This document shows, one piece after another, positions 37,816-48,483 of a DNA stretch of 64,000 nt. Below the pieces are notes generated by a model that worked only from the letters and a program-made list of their open reading frames with translations, did not search any database and was not told the DNA's origin. Both the position numbers and the translations under genes were made by a program. Location: positions 2,790,001 through 2,854,000 of the forward strand of contig OZ374562.1 of NCBI GenBank assembly GCA_977862235.1, read 5' to 3'. Every line of letters begins with the position of its first letter. Position 1 is the stretch's first letter. The stretch is from Dudresnaya verticillata. Lineage: Eukaryota.

Positions 37816-39642
37816 ATGACCAACACTAGGAGTGCTACGAATGGATCCAATGCCCAAGATTCAAGCACAAACCGTGTCCGTCAGACGATCGTCGAAACGG
37901 TGGAAGCGCCGAGGCTGACAGGACTGTCAACGGCTGACTTCGTCTTGTTCAAGCACGATCGCGAGATCTATGAACGACGAGTCGCTGAGAAGAATTCGGA
38001 TCCGAATGTTAAGATCCAGCTTACGACCTACAAGGACTCTATTCTACCTGCTGTGCTGGAGATCTTCGCACTAGGTGACTGGGTTCCGGTGGACACCGTT
38101 GACGACATCACGGAGAAGCATCTTGAGGACTGTGTGGCCAAGCAGGCTGTAGTTAATCCTGATGATTATGATCTTGGAAAGCTCGATGATTCCCTCAATG
38201 ACTTGAAGCTCGGACGAGCGGATAGTGAACACAACCTAGAAGCCCAAGTTTGGAAGCTGATCTTGGAATACACCAAGATCTTACAGAACTGTGGTTACGA
38301 TAAGTTTGCCGAACGGCACCCGAAGCTTGCCGTGGAGCACATACTTAAGCGTATCACTCACCCGTTCCTGAAGAACCGCATGATCATGACTGCGCGTCTG
38401 AAGAAGGACGAGGACTTTCAGAAGAACTTCAAAGTTTTCGTACGAGAACTCGCGAAGAAGGCGCGGGTGATCGACCGCATGAACGCCGCCAAGAAATACA
38501 AAGCGCCCGCTACCGCTTTCGACAAGTTTGCTACTCGTGTCGCGGATGATCCGCCGCCGACGGCGCCATACCGATCGGGCAGTTCCGGTTCCGGACGTAA
38601 GAATAAGAACCGTCGTAATCAAGGTGGTGCATCTGGCAGTACTGCAGGAGATGGAAACCGCAATCAAGACAAACCGTTCGGTGGTAACGATGGCAGAGGT
38701 AAACGCTTTCGCGAACCTCCCCATTGTCTCAACCCAAAGTGCGACAAGCGCCATTGGATTGATGACTGTGAAATAACTGCGGACGCAGAGAAGAAACATC
38801 TCAAGGATGAGTGCCGTGCGCGTTCGCAAGCGCGCAAGCGATCGAAGCAGGACTCAGAGAAGCGAGGAAACATCGGATCTGTAGAACTACCTACCGAAGG
38901 AGAACACACATCAATGTTCTCAGCCTCATTCTGTTCAGGTGCTGTAGAGGTGTCCGCCTTAACCGATCAAGGTTCGGATGCTAATCTAATTTCACCATCA
39001 GTACTGAAAGAGATCTTACAGGCTGACCCAGATGTTCGAGTTGTGACTCTGCCAAAGAAGCTGGAGTTCTCCAATGCTCATTCTTCTGCAGTGAAGATCA
39101 CGTGCAGCAGGCAAGTATCCGCTGACGTAATGGTACGCGTACGCCATGGTACGAACCTCATGTTGCGAGGAATGAAGTGGCTGGTCGCAGACGCTGAAGT
39201 ACAGCACGTTTATGTCGGACGACATGTTCTCGCGTCTATAGGGTTGAACAACCGTGTCATGCTCGAGTTCGCGGCTGATAGATTCGGAGGAGTCGTCGAC
39301 GTCCCAGAAGTTCTTCATAAGGATGGGAGTGGCGACATTCCTTGCGCCGACGCCGGTGCGTCTATCCATGGAATCCTTCGCGAACGCGGTTTGGACTTCG
39401 GAAGCACCTTCCACAGCGAAGGAGGTGCTGAGGACGATCAACTCGAAGACAGTAACGTCTACGTCGATCTTGGCGAGGACTCGCCGGATGATTTGAAACA
39501 GGCGATCGCCGCAATGGTCGAAGACGCTCGCAACAATGGACTGAGCGATGCCGGAGCCGAACGGCTGACCTCTATCCTGGACAGGTACCCGGTTTTCGGA
39601 TTCGGCTGGGCAAATCCCAACCAGCCGACGTTCCGCCAATGA
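37816..39642 (+). CDS. gag: Element A Gag-protease polyprotein
   Basis: Zn knuckle CLNPKCDKRHWIDDC; aspartic protease-like ALTDQGSDANLI and a downstream VYVGRHVL. Confidence 0.9.
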   Translation: MTNTRSATNGSNAQDSSTNRVRQTIVETVEAPRLTGLSTADFVLFKHDREIYERRVAEKNSDPNVKIQLTTYKDSILPAVLEIFALGDWVPVDTVDDITEKHLEDCVAKQAVVNPDDYDLGKLDDSLNDLKLGRADSEHNLEAQVWKLILEYTKILQNCGYDKFAERHPKLAVEHILKRITHPFLKNRMIMTARLKKDEDFQKNFKVFVRELAKKARVIDRMNAAKKYKAPATAFDKFATRVADDPPPTAPYRSGSSGSGRKNKNRRNQGGASGSTAGDGNRNQDKPFGGNDGRGKRFREPPHCLNPKCDKRHWIDDCEITADAEKKHLKDECRARSQARKRSKQDSEKRGNIGSVELPTEGEHTSMFSASFCSGAVEVSALTDQGSDANLISPSVLKEILQADPDVRVVTLPKKLEFSNAHSSAVKITCSRQVSADVMVRVRHGTNLMLRGMKWLVADAEVQHVYVGRHVLASIGLNNRVMLEFAADRFGGVVDVPEVLHKDGSGDIPCADAGASIHGILRERGLDFGSTFHSEGGAEDDQLEDSNVYVDLGEDSPDDLKQAIAAMVEDARNNGLSDAGAERLTSILDRYPVFGFGWANPNQPTFRQ

Positions 39643-42629
39643 GGGTACGACTTCAACAAGGATACCGACCGGTACGTGTGAAAGCAAGGAGATACTCCGG
39701 TGAACAACGGAACTTCCTGAACGCGTACGTGGATCAGCTCAAGGAGATGGAATTTTTCGAGGAGATGCCAACCGCCGAATGGCAAGCGGCACCTCTCCTT
39801 GTGCCGAAGCCTGGTTCCAGAGCTGGGTATCGTATGACCGTGGACCTTCGTCCGGTCAATGGCGCGACAATCAAAGAGTCGTGGCCAATGCCTCATCTGG
39901 ACAGTGAGGTGTATGATTTCTCAGGGAGCACGTGTTTCGCCTCCCTGGATTTCGTGTCGGGTTATTGGCAGCTTCCACAGCATCCCGATTCCTACACCGC
40001 GTGTGGCGTCATCACACCGCGCGGGGTAATGATATCAAAACGCGTGTTGCATGGTCTGACGAACGGCGTGGCCTTTTTCCAGAGCTCGGTCGAGCCTCTA
40101 TTCGCCAGCCTGCGTGATTTTCTGAAGGCATGGTTGGACGATTTCAGCCTTCACGCCCCATCCGAGGAGATTCTTTTGGACAATCTCGAGAGTTTTCTCC
40201 GCATCTGTAAGGAGAAGAGATTGTGGCTTTCCGCACGGAAATGCAAACTTTTTCGCAAGCAACTTCGCTGGTGCGGTCGCATTGTGTCTGGGGAAGGGTA
40301 CACACTCGACCCCACACGTCTTTCGGGTTTGCAAGAAATGGGAACCCCGAAGACTGCGGAAGAACTTGCGCAGTTCATCTACTGCTGTCGTTGGATGTCG
40401 CTCGCCATCCCCGACTTCGCGCGCCGCATCGCGCCGCTCAACAACATCTTGGAAGAGGCGTACGCCAAATCTGGAAAGCGCACGAAGAGATCTATCCGCA
40501 AGATCGCGCTCAGTAGCCTGTCTTGGGGGTCCCCGCATGAGAAGGCCTTTCTAGATCTTCAAGACAGCCTACGGACCGCTGTCACCCTCTCTTATCCGGA
40601 TCCGGACAAAGCTACTTGCGTATTCACCGATGCGTCCGAACGGTTCTGGTCTGGCGTTGTCACGCAGTGCGACGAATTAGATCTGAAGAAGCCGGTCGGC
40701 GAACAGAAGCATGAACCCCTCGCATTTTTGGGTTCCCAGTTTACAGGCGCATCGCTGAACTGGTCTCCCTTCGAGAAAGAAGGATTCGCGGTGTTTCAGA
40801 CCTTTGAGAAACTCGACTACATGCTGCTCCGTCACGCCCGTACTCACGTGTTCACGGATCATCGAAATCTACTGTTCGTGTTCGCACCTCTTGCGCTGGA
40901 ACCAGCTCTTGGAAGGCACATTGTCTCAAAAGTTCAACGTTGGGCTCTGTACTTGTCCAAGTTCAGCTACGTCATTGAGCACATCAAGGGAGAAGAAAAT
41001 GTGTTCGCAGATATTCTTACTCGCTGGGTCAAGGGCTACCGCAACGAGAAGTCAATGCTGTGCAGCGTTATACTCGAAGAAGCTGAACAGCTCATACCTG
41101 CCGCCGACGCAATTGTATGGCCGGATGTCGAAGTGATTCGCGACTCACAAGCGTCTCACACACGCACTGAAGGAGTACTCCTTGACGAGGATGACAGATT
41201 GTGGAAGAAAGGAAATCTCATCTGGATTCCGAAGGAGGACCTCGAACTCAAGCTCAAAGTAATTGTGTGTTCACACTGTGGTACAATCGGACACCGAGGT
41301 ATGGATGCAACCAAGAGCATCATACTCGAGAACTTTTGGTGGGAGACCATCAAGGAGGATGTCGACGAGTTGGTTCGCGGATGCCTACACTGCATCGTAA
41401 CCCGTACGGGGGAGATCGTCCCGCGACCGCTCGGACACGCTCTGCACGGCGAACGCCCTAATGAAGTTGTCCACGCCGATTTCCTTTACATGGGTCAAGG
41501 TGTGGACGGGAAGAAATACGTCCTCATCATACGGGACGACTTGTCCTCGTACATATGGCTTTGGCCAACAGACGAAGCGGACGCCGACGCTGCCGCTGCT
41601 GCCCTGAACGCTTCGGTTGGCAGCTTTGGTTCTATGGATTGGCTGGTCAGCGATCAGGGATCCCATTTCAAGAACAAACTACTCAAGGAGATGGTGGAAG
41701 AACTGCGTTCGCAACATCATTTCACCACGGCTTATTCTCCGTGGGCGAACGGTTCCGTCGAGAGAGTTTGCCGCGAAGTCCTTCGCGCGTGCCGCGCGCT
41801 GCTCAGCGAATGGAATCTATCGCCGAAGGATTGGCCTGCAGTAACCGAGTCCGTACAGAGCATCATTAATCAAGCTCCGCTTCGGAAGCTCGGCCTTCGC
41901 GACGCGGAAGTGCCAGGTGTACACCGCACTCCGCTCGAGGTCTTCACAGGACATCGACCTGTGCGTCCTCTACTGAGAGCCTTACCGATGAACAAGTACC
42001 GGTCGGCCAAAACAATCGAAGAGTTACGCGCACGCGTGCTTCTCAACATTGATCAACTCCAAGATGCGTTGTTCAACATTCATCGAGGTGTGGAAGAGAT
42101 CTCAAGTGCTGCGCGGAAGCAAAAGGTTGATCAACAAAACAAGCGCACGAACGTTCACCGCGCTAACTTCGTTGAGGGCGACTTTGTCCTCGTTCGTCGC
42201 GCTCAGCCCGGTGGACACAAGCTGAAATTCGTTTGGCGAGGACCTCGCCGCGTCACACAAGTCCGTTCGGAATGGGTCTTCGAGATACAGAACCTCATCA
42301 CGGACAAAAGGGAAGTGGTGCACGCGCGCCGCTTACACCTTTACCGCTCGGATATGGATGGCAAGGAAGTCCTTCCTGCACTGCTGAAAGCTGCGGAGCA
42401 CTCCGAGACAAGCTACCAGATTGCCGAACAAATACGCGGCATCAGAGAAGTTGATGGAGAACTTCAGATTCACTTGGAGTGGAGTGGGCTCCCCGATGAG
42501 GTCGACTAGACCTGGGAACCCTTGCGCCAAGTCTTCGAGGACATGCCTGGACTGCTCGAAGATTTTCTCCACACTACCGGGACCCGCAGTCTCAAACGAC
42601 GCGCGCTCGCGCAATGCAATTTCTCGTAA
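39594..42629 (+). CDS. pol: Element A Pol (RT-RNaseH-integrase-chromodomain), entered by a probable -1 frameshift; in-frame TAG at 42507-42509 inside the chromodomain
   Basis: RT motifs LDFVSGYWQ and AWLDDF; RNaseH FTDAS; integrase HHCC, SDQGSHF and NGSVER; chromodomain-like EWSGLP*TWEP. Confidence 0.92.
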
Positions 42630-43678
42630 CCAAGCTTCTTTGTTCACGCTGAACAGAAGCTTGGGGCACTGTTACACATAGCGCTCGCACTGTTTGGGAG
42701 TACTCCCTAGAATGGGATCCCAACGCGCACATGCGAAGCTGCAGGTGCATTCCCTAGAATGGGAGCCTGCTGGGGAACGCACTGCTGAACAATGGCAAAC
42801 CCCACGGCCGATCATGGCTATCGCGCACAGACCTGGTGAACCTGCACAAGGCAGAACTGCCGGTCTGACAATGCGAATTTGCGTCCCTTCGGACAAGCCT
42901 CTACATCTTATTGGCTAACGCTCAGGGTCCCCTGACAACAGGGTTCAGACCTGAACGACTTTCCGTCCGTCCCCGACCCACTGTGGGACGGCGGGTGTGA
43001 ACACATCCACCTGTTCAGGTCTATCTGACTTGGAGCGGATCCCGAGAGCATGCGGGCCACAAATACTGTGGGTCGCTTTGAGCCGTCCGGCTGTAGAAAT
43101 AATAAAGGCAGCACGCTGGCGTCGAACGACGACGACGAGGGACATGACACCACTCCTCATCCACGCCGTGACTTTGCCCTCCACTTTGCCAACCCCAACT
43201 TTCTCTCTACCAACCTTTTACTTTTCCTTTTCGAGTTCGCGATCTACTGCTTCGAAGGCAAAAGCTGTTAAGCGTCACACTAGTCGTCCGTAGGGGAGCG
43301 CTTGTTGCTCACCGGGATCGCCAAGGGAGAGAGGATAAAGTGGAAATGGCACGTTCTTTGGCTAGGTCGTCTACCCTCCTCGTCTCTCACGATCAAGGTT
43401 TTTCTCAGACGCTGCCTTTACTGTGTTTTTGGTCCCTCTCCGCATTCCCGGCCCGACTCGGCCCTCGCCTCCGTTTTCGTGCTGGAACCTGAATCGGGCC
43501 AGCGTGAGGTTTTCTCCGAGACAGTCTGTCACCTGTCTTGGTCACACTCTCCGGGGCTGCTCTTTCGGTCAGCCGACCTTCGCGCCAAAAGGGGTTCGCG
43601 GAAAGGACTCCCGAAAAGCATTTGCAGTGGGGTTCCACAGCGCCCCAGGACCATTTTCATTGTTTTGAAACTGGTCGT

Positions 43679-46600
43679 TCAAAGAGAGCACAGTGCTTTT
43701 GCCTTTTGCTTGAGTCCTGGACGCCCGTCCGACCTCAGGTAGGTATCCAGCATCTGTGGCAGGTCTTCATATATGTTTTTCAGTGGTTCCCACGTTATAT
43801 CTATCTTGTCCGGTAACCCTTCCCACTTGACTTGAATTTCAATAATCCCGTCGCGCTCTCGGATTCCATGTAGTGACAAGGCATCTTGGTAAGTGGCCTC
43901 TGTGTGTGCAGCAGACCTTAAAAGGTCTGGATTAACGTCCATCCCATCTAGATCTGCCCTATAAAGCAGCAATCGCCTGGCGTGTACTACCTCAGACTTC
44001 TTTTGGACTAAGTCTTCGACAACAAATACGACTGCAGACTTGACCGCTACCACGCGACGTGGTCCGACCCACTTGAAACTGAGCTTGTGAGTGCGTTTGC
44101 TTGCTTGACGCACCAGTACAAAATCGCCCACTGTGAAGTTGACTGGCTGGACATTTGTCCGTCGGTTGTGTGCAGCAACTTGTCGCTTTCTAGATATATT
44201 TGCGCGTTCTTTAACCTCCTTGTGCACATCTTCCATTGCTCCCTGCAGCAGATCTACCTTGATAAGTTGTCGCGCCCGCACTTCGTCTACAGTCTTCGCG
44301 CCTGCATACTTAGTCACAGGAAGTGCACGCATCAAGGGACGTCTAGGTAGTTGCCCAGTAAAGACTTCTAGGGGTGTTCGAAACACTCCGGGAACGCCTT
44401 GGCTTCTCAGACCCAATCTTTTCGAGGGTGCCTGGTTAATTATGCATTGAACAGACTCAATGACGGCAGGCCAGTCTTTGGGAGCCAAGCTCCATTCACT
44501 GCATAGGGCGCGACACGCGCGCAAAACTTCACGACAAAGCCTCTCTATTGTCCCGTTTGCCCAAGGCGTATAAGCTGTAGTGAAGTGGTGCTTCACTCGC
44601 CATTCCTCGGTCAGGCTCTCCAGAAGTTTGTTGACAAAATGGCTGCCCTGATCAGAGACATACCAGTCGCTGCTACCAAAAGCTGCCATCCAGGTGGTTA
44701 AGGCTTCCGCTGCAGCCTCGCTTGTTGCTTCCGCAGTCGGAAAGAACCATGCATATGTTGACAGATCATCCTTGAGTAGCAAGAGGTACTTGCTCCCATC
44801 GGATCCCGGTCCCATATACAAGAAGTCCATGTGAAGCACTTCGTTAGGTGATTCGGCGTGAAGAGCATGTCCTAAAGGCCGCGGGACTATTTCACCAGAG
44901 CGACTGATGATACAGTGAAGACACCCCTTCACCAGTTCATCAACGTCCCGGGCCATGGTTTTCCAAACAAATTGTTCGCGGAGAATACTCTTTGTGCCTT
45001 CCACACCTCTGTGCCCAACCGATCCACAGTGTGAGACAACTAAGAGCTTCAGCTGAAGCTCGAGCTCAGAATCTGGAATCCAAATACGACCTTCACGCTT
45101 CCACAAATTGTCGCTTTGGTCCCACTTAAGGCTTCGCTTCTCACCTGATGACCTTTTCTGCGCCTCCCTTATTTTCGTAAGGTCAGGCCATTGGAAGGAA
45201 TTTGAAGCAGGTATAATCTGCTGCGCCGACTCTAGTAAGAGACTACACACCGCTCTCGGAGTCTTGGAGTCCGCCCGATAGCCTCTCGTCCACCTCGTCA
45301 GTATGTCCGCAAATACGTTGTCTTCCCCACTCACGTGCTCTATAACGTACTGAAACCTTGAAATAAATAAAGCCCAGCGTTGTACCTTAGCGACAACGTG
45401 TCGACCGAGTGAGGGCTCTATCGACAGTGGAGCGAACACGAAAATGAGATTGCGATGGTCAGTATGCACATGGATTGCGTTTCCAGAAAGTAAAAGGTAG
45501 TCAAGTTTGTCGAACGTTTGAAAGATGGCAAAGCCTTCCTTTTCAAAAGTACTCCATCCCAGCTCTGCTCCTTTAAACTCGGAACCAATGAAAGCCAAGG
45601 GCTCATGGCTCTGTTCTGCCAGTGAGCGGTTCAGTTCCTCTGGCTGAACTTGCGTCACTACCCCGGACCAGAAACGGTCTGAGGCGTCTGTAAACACGCA
45701 GATAGCGTGTCCTGGTTTGGGGTAGGACAGCTTTACTGCGTTGTGCAGTGTGTCTTGCAATCCTTGAAATGCTTTGAGATGGTCTGCGCCCCAAGACAGA
45801 CTGTGCAACGGTATGCTCTTGATGGATCGCTTTGTGCGCCGGCCTGACTTGGCGTATGCGGCTTCTAATATCTGCGCCAGCGGCGCAATGCGCCGAGCGA
45901 AGTCCGGAATAGCCGTACTCATCCATCTGCAACAGTATAAGAACTCTGCCAGCTCAGCTGCTGTAGTTGGGGGCTGCATCTTCTTGAGGGCAGATAGGCG
46001 AGATGGGTCCAAACGGTAGCCATTCGCATCCACAACCCGACCACACCATTTGATTTGGGGTGCGTAGAACTTGCTCTTGACTGCTGAGAGGAAAAGGTTT
46101 GCCTCAGCACATATCTTGAAGAATTTCTCGAGCAGACGAAGTAGCTCTGCTTCTGACTTCGCATGTAGATTGAAGTCGTCAAGCCACGCCTTCATATTGC
46201 TTCGTAACTCGCGGAACAGTGGCTCAACTGTGCTCTGAAAATAGGAGACCGCATTCGCGAGGCCTGGAAGGACACGCTTGGAAGCAAGTACCTTCTTGGG
46301 AGTCACAATTCCACACAACGTGTATGAATCTTGATGAAGCGGCAACTGCCAGTAGGCAGACACGAAATCCAGGACAGAGAAGCACTTACTGCCTGCAAAA
46401 TCTGCCACCTCGGAGTCGACATGTGGCATAGGCCAAGACTCCTTTATAGTAGCGGAGTTTACCGGGCGGAGATCGATGGCCATTCTGTATCGACTTTTGC
46501 CCGCTTTGGGTACCAGAAGTGGTGCAGCCTGCCAGGCAGCTGTCGGCATCTCCTGGAAGAAATCCATCTTCAGGAGAGTGTCCGTGTACTTCTCCAGAAA

Positions 46601-46720
46601 TGCCCTCTGATCTGGAGAATATCTTCGCGCCTTCACCCGAATAGGGCGACGACCCTTATCAACGCGTACTCGCATTGGTTTAACTAAGGCTGGTCGGGAT
46701 TTACCCAGCCTTAGCCGAAA
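43679..46720 (-). CDS. pol: Element B Pol (RT-RNaseH-integrase-chromodomain), intact
   Basis: 998-aa ORF from 46675, open upstream to the slippery site; LDFVSAYWQ, AWLDDF, FTDAS, SDQGSHF, VKWEGLPDKIDITWEP. Confidence 0.95.
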   Translation of the reverse strand, partial: FRLRLGKSRPALVKPMRVRVDKGRRPIRVKARRYSPDQRAFLEKYTDTLLKMDFFQEMPTAAWQAAPLLVPKAGKSRYRMAIDLRPVNSATIKESWPMPHVDSEVADFAGSKCFSVLDFVSAYWQLPLHQDSYTLCGIVTPKKVLASKRVLPGLANAVSYFQSTVEPLFRELRSNMKAWLDDFNLHAKSEAELLRLLEKFFKICAEANLFLSAVKSKFYAPQIKWCGRVVDANGYRLDPSRLSALKKMQPPTTAAELAEFLYCCRWMSTAIPDFARRIAPLAQILEAAYAKSGRRTKRSIKSIPLHSLSWGADHLKAFQGLQDTLHNAVKLSYPKPGHAICVFTDASDRFWSGVVTQVQPEELNRSLAEQSHEPLAFIGSEFKGAELGWSTFEKEGFAIFQTFDKLDYLLLSGNAIHVHTDHRNLIFVFAPLSIEPSLGRHVVAKVQRWALFISRFQYVIEHVSGEDNVFADILTRWTRGYRADSKTPRAVCSLLLESAQQIIPASNSFQWPDLTKIREAQKRSSGEKRSLKWDQSDNLWKREGRIWIPDSELELQLKLLVVSHCGSVGHRGVEGTKSILREQFVWKTMARDVDELVKGCLHCIISRSGEIVPRPLGHALHAESPNEVLHMDFLYMGPGSDGSKYLLLLKDDLSTYAWFFPTAEATSEAAAEALTTWMAAFGSSDWYVSDQGSHFVNKLLESLTEEWRVKHHFTTAYTPWANGTIERLCREVLRACRALCSEWSLAPKDWPAVIESVQCIINQAPSKRLGLRSQGVPGVFRTPLEVFTGQLPRRPLMRALPVTKYAGAKTVDEVRARQLIKVDLLQGAMEDVHKEVKERANISRKRQVAAHNRRTNVQPVNFTVGDFVLVRQASKRTHKLSFKWVGPRRVVAVKSAVVFVVEDLVQKKSEVVHARRLLLYRADLDGMDVNPDLLRSAAHTEATYQDALSLHGIRERDGIIEIQVKWEGLPDKIDITWEPLKNIYEDLPQMLDTYLRSDGRPGLKQKAKALCSL

Positions 46721-48483
46721 ATCTGCCTGTACTCTTGCAAGAGAGCTTCAAGCTTTGAAACGCCTCGCTCCGTCATGCCATGCTCTCTCGCTTCTCGAAC
46801 ACGGTCAGCAAGAGCGGAAACGAGATCCTCTTCGGGGTCTTCTCCTATATCCACATACACATCGCTATCCTCAAGCCGGTCTGACTCAGCCCCTCCCTGA
46901 CTATGAAATGAGCTGCCAAAGTCGATTCCAGAGTATCGAAGTAAACTGTAGATCGTTCCCGGCCCGGTCGCATGATCATCGTCGTCAGCCGTGCGATCCA
47001 GTTCCTGGTTACTGTCTTTTTCCTCAGAACGAAGCAAGCCAGGGACATTTATAATGCCATTGAACCTATCGCAGGCAGTCAATAGTAGCTTTCGATTATC
47101 CAGCCCAATTGCACGAAGCACACGACGACCGATAATAACGAACTGGGATGGCCGATCGCTGACCAGCCAGGTCATGCCTCGCATTACAAGGTGTGCAGCG
47201 TGTCGCACTCGTAGGGTGATATTAGCATGCACCCGACGACTGCAGGGTAGCGTGGACGCTGACGTATCCACTGTGCTGTAGCACATAGTCTTCTCCAGGA
47301 CCTCCACATTGATTTTGGGGTCGGCCTTAATGATTTGCTCCAGAACATGTGGGGGGATGAGATTAATATCGGAGCCCTGGTCCGCAAGAACAGTAGCCTC
47401 GACCTTGCCGTCGCAGAAAGAGGCAGTGAATAGCGAAGAGTTTTCTTCTTCCACGTTACCGCCGACTTGCCCCACATGACCTTTCCTAGCCACCTCACTT
47501 TTCTTCTTCTTTTTATCACGCCACTCCTCTACGAACCTTTTCTTTTCCTCCAGAGTCGACATTGGGCAATCGTTCATGTAGTGCTGGCCATCGCACTTTG
47601 GGTTAAGACAGTCTGGTTTTTCACGCTTTTTTCCAGAGGATCTGAAGCCGCCAGAAGTACCACTACCAGCTCCCATTTTCTCCTTTGAGTTGGACCCGGA
47701 CGCACGTCCTGTATCAGAGCTTGTTTTTCCCTTCACATTCTTCTTTGATGCACGCTTGTTACGGGACTGGTCGGGGTTTATCGCATCCTCATCTGATAAA
47801 TTTCCACCCGTCGGTACTGTAACGGCCTTAGCTATGGACTCATGGCGGTCCATAGCCTTAGCCTCTTTGGCCAGCTCGCGCATGAAGAGGTTGAAGTTTT
47901 TCTTCAATTCGTCTTTCCGCAAACGATACGTCAGCTTCATTCTGGTGTGCAATGCGTCATGGGTGACACGCTTGAAGATGTGTTGAACCGACAACGTAGG
48001 CTGCTGCTCCACAAAGGAGAAGTAGCCGAGATTGTTGAGTGTCTTGCGATAGCTCAAAGCAAGCTTCCAGACCTGCATCTCCAGGCTTTTGCCCTTCTCC
48101 ATCTTGACGTGGCTGATCCCGCGCTCGATCTGCGCGAGGTCATAATCCTCAGGCTGGATCGTCGCACGTTGATCCACACACTCGACTAGATGGTCCTCTG
48201 TTATCTCTTCCACATCATCTACCGGAACCCACTGCGCCGTTACAAACATCTGCAGTACCGCTTTGTCAATAGAATTGCGCAAAGTAGTCAGCGGTATAGC
48301 TGATCCCTGCTCAGAGCTCTTCTCAGACACGCGGCGCACGTATATTTCTCGCCTTTGCTTGAACTTTGCGAAGTCGACTGTGTCGATACCGGTAAGCCTC
48401 GGGGCTTCCAAGGTCTCAACAATTGTCTGCTTCACTGTAGTATCCTCACTACTTCCTCCAACACCCTGCCGGGTATTTACCAT
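46711..48483 (-). CDS. gag: Element B Gag-protease polyprotein
   Basis: CLNPKCDGQHYMNDC knuckle; VLADQGSDINLI; IIGRRVL; homologous to element A Gag. Confidence 0.92.
   Translation of the reverse strand: MVNTRQGVGGSSEDTTVKQTIVETLEAPRLTGIDTVDFAKFKQRREIYVRRVSEKSSEQGSAIPLTTLRNSIDKAVLQMFVTAQWVPVDDVEEITEDHLVECVDQRATIQPEDYDLAQIERGISHVKMEKGKSLEMQVWKLALSYRKTLNNLGYFSFVEQQPTLSVQHIFKRVTHDALHTRMKLTYRLRKDELKKNFNLFMRELAKEAKAMDRHESIAKAVTVPTGGNLSDEDAINPDQSRNKRASKKNVKGKTSSDTGRASGSNSKEKMGAGSGTSGGFRSSGKKREKPDCLNPKCDGQHYMNDCPMSTLEEKKRFVEEWRDKKKKKSEVARKGHVGQVGGNVEEENSSLFTASFCDGKVEATVLADQGSDINLIPPHVLEQIIKADPKINVEVLEKTMCYSTVDTSASTLPCSRRVHANITLRVRHAAHLVMRGMTWLVSDRPSQFVIIGRRVLRAIGLDNRKLLLTACDRFNGIINVPGLLRSEEKDSNQELDRTADDDDHATGPGTIYSLLRYSGIDFGSSFHSQGGAESDRLEDSDVYVDIGEDPEEDLVSALADRVREAREHGMTERGVSKLEALLQEYRQIFG

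Larger units (their letters stand above)
37147..43279 (+). mobile_element. Full-length Ty3/Gypsy chromodomain LTR retrotransposon (element A), nested in the LTR of element B
   Basis: 610-bp LTRs at 37147-37756 and 42670-43279; TSD CTAG (37143-37146 and 43280-43283); PPT-like gaacagaagcttggggcac before the 3' LTR. Confidence 0.97.
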
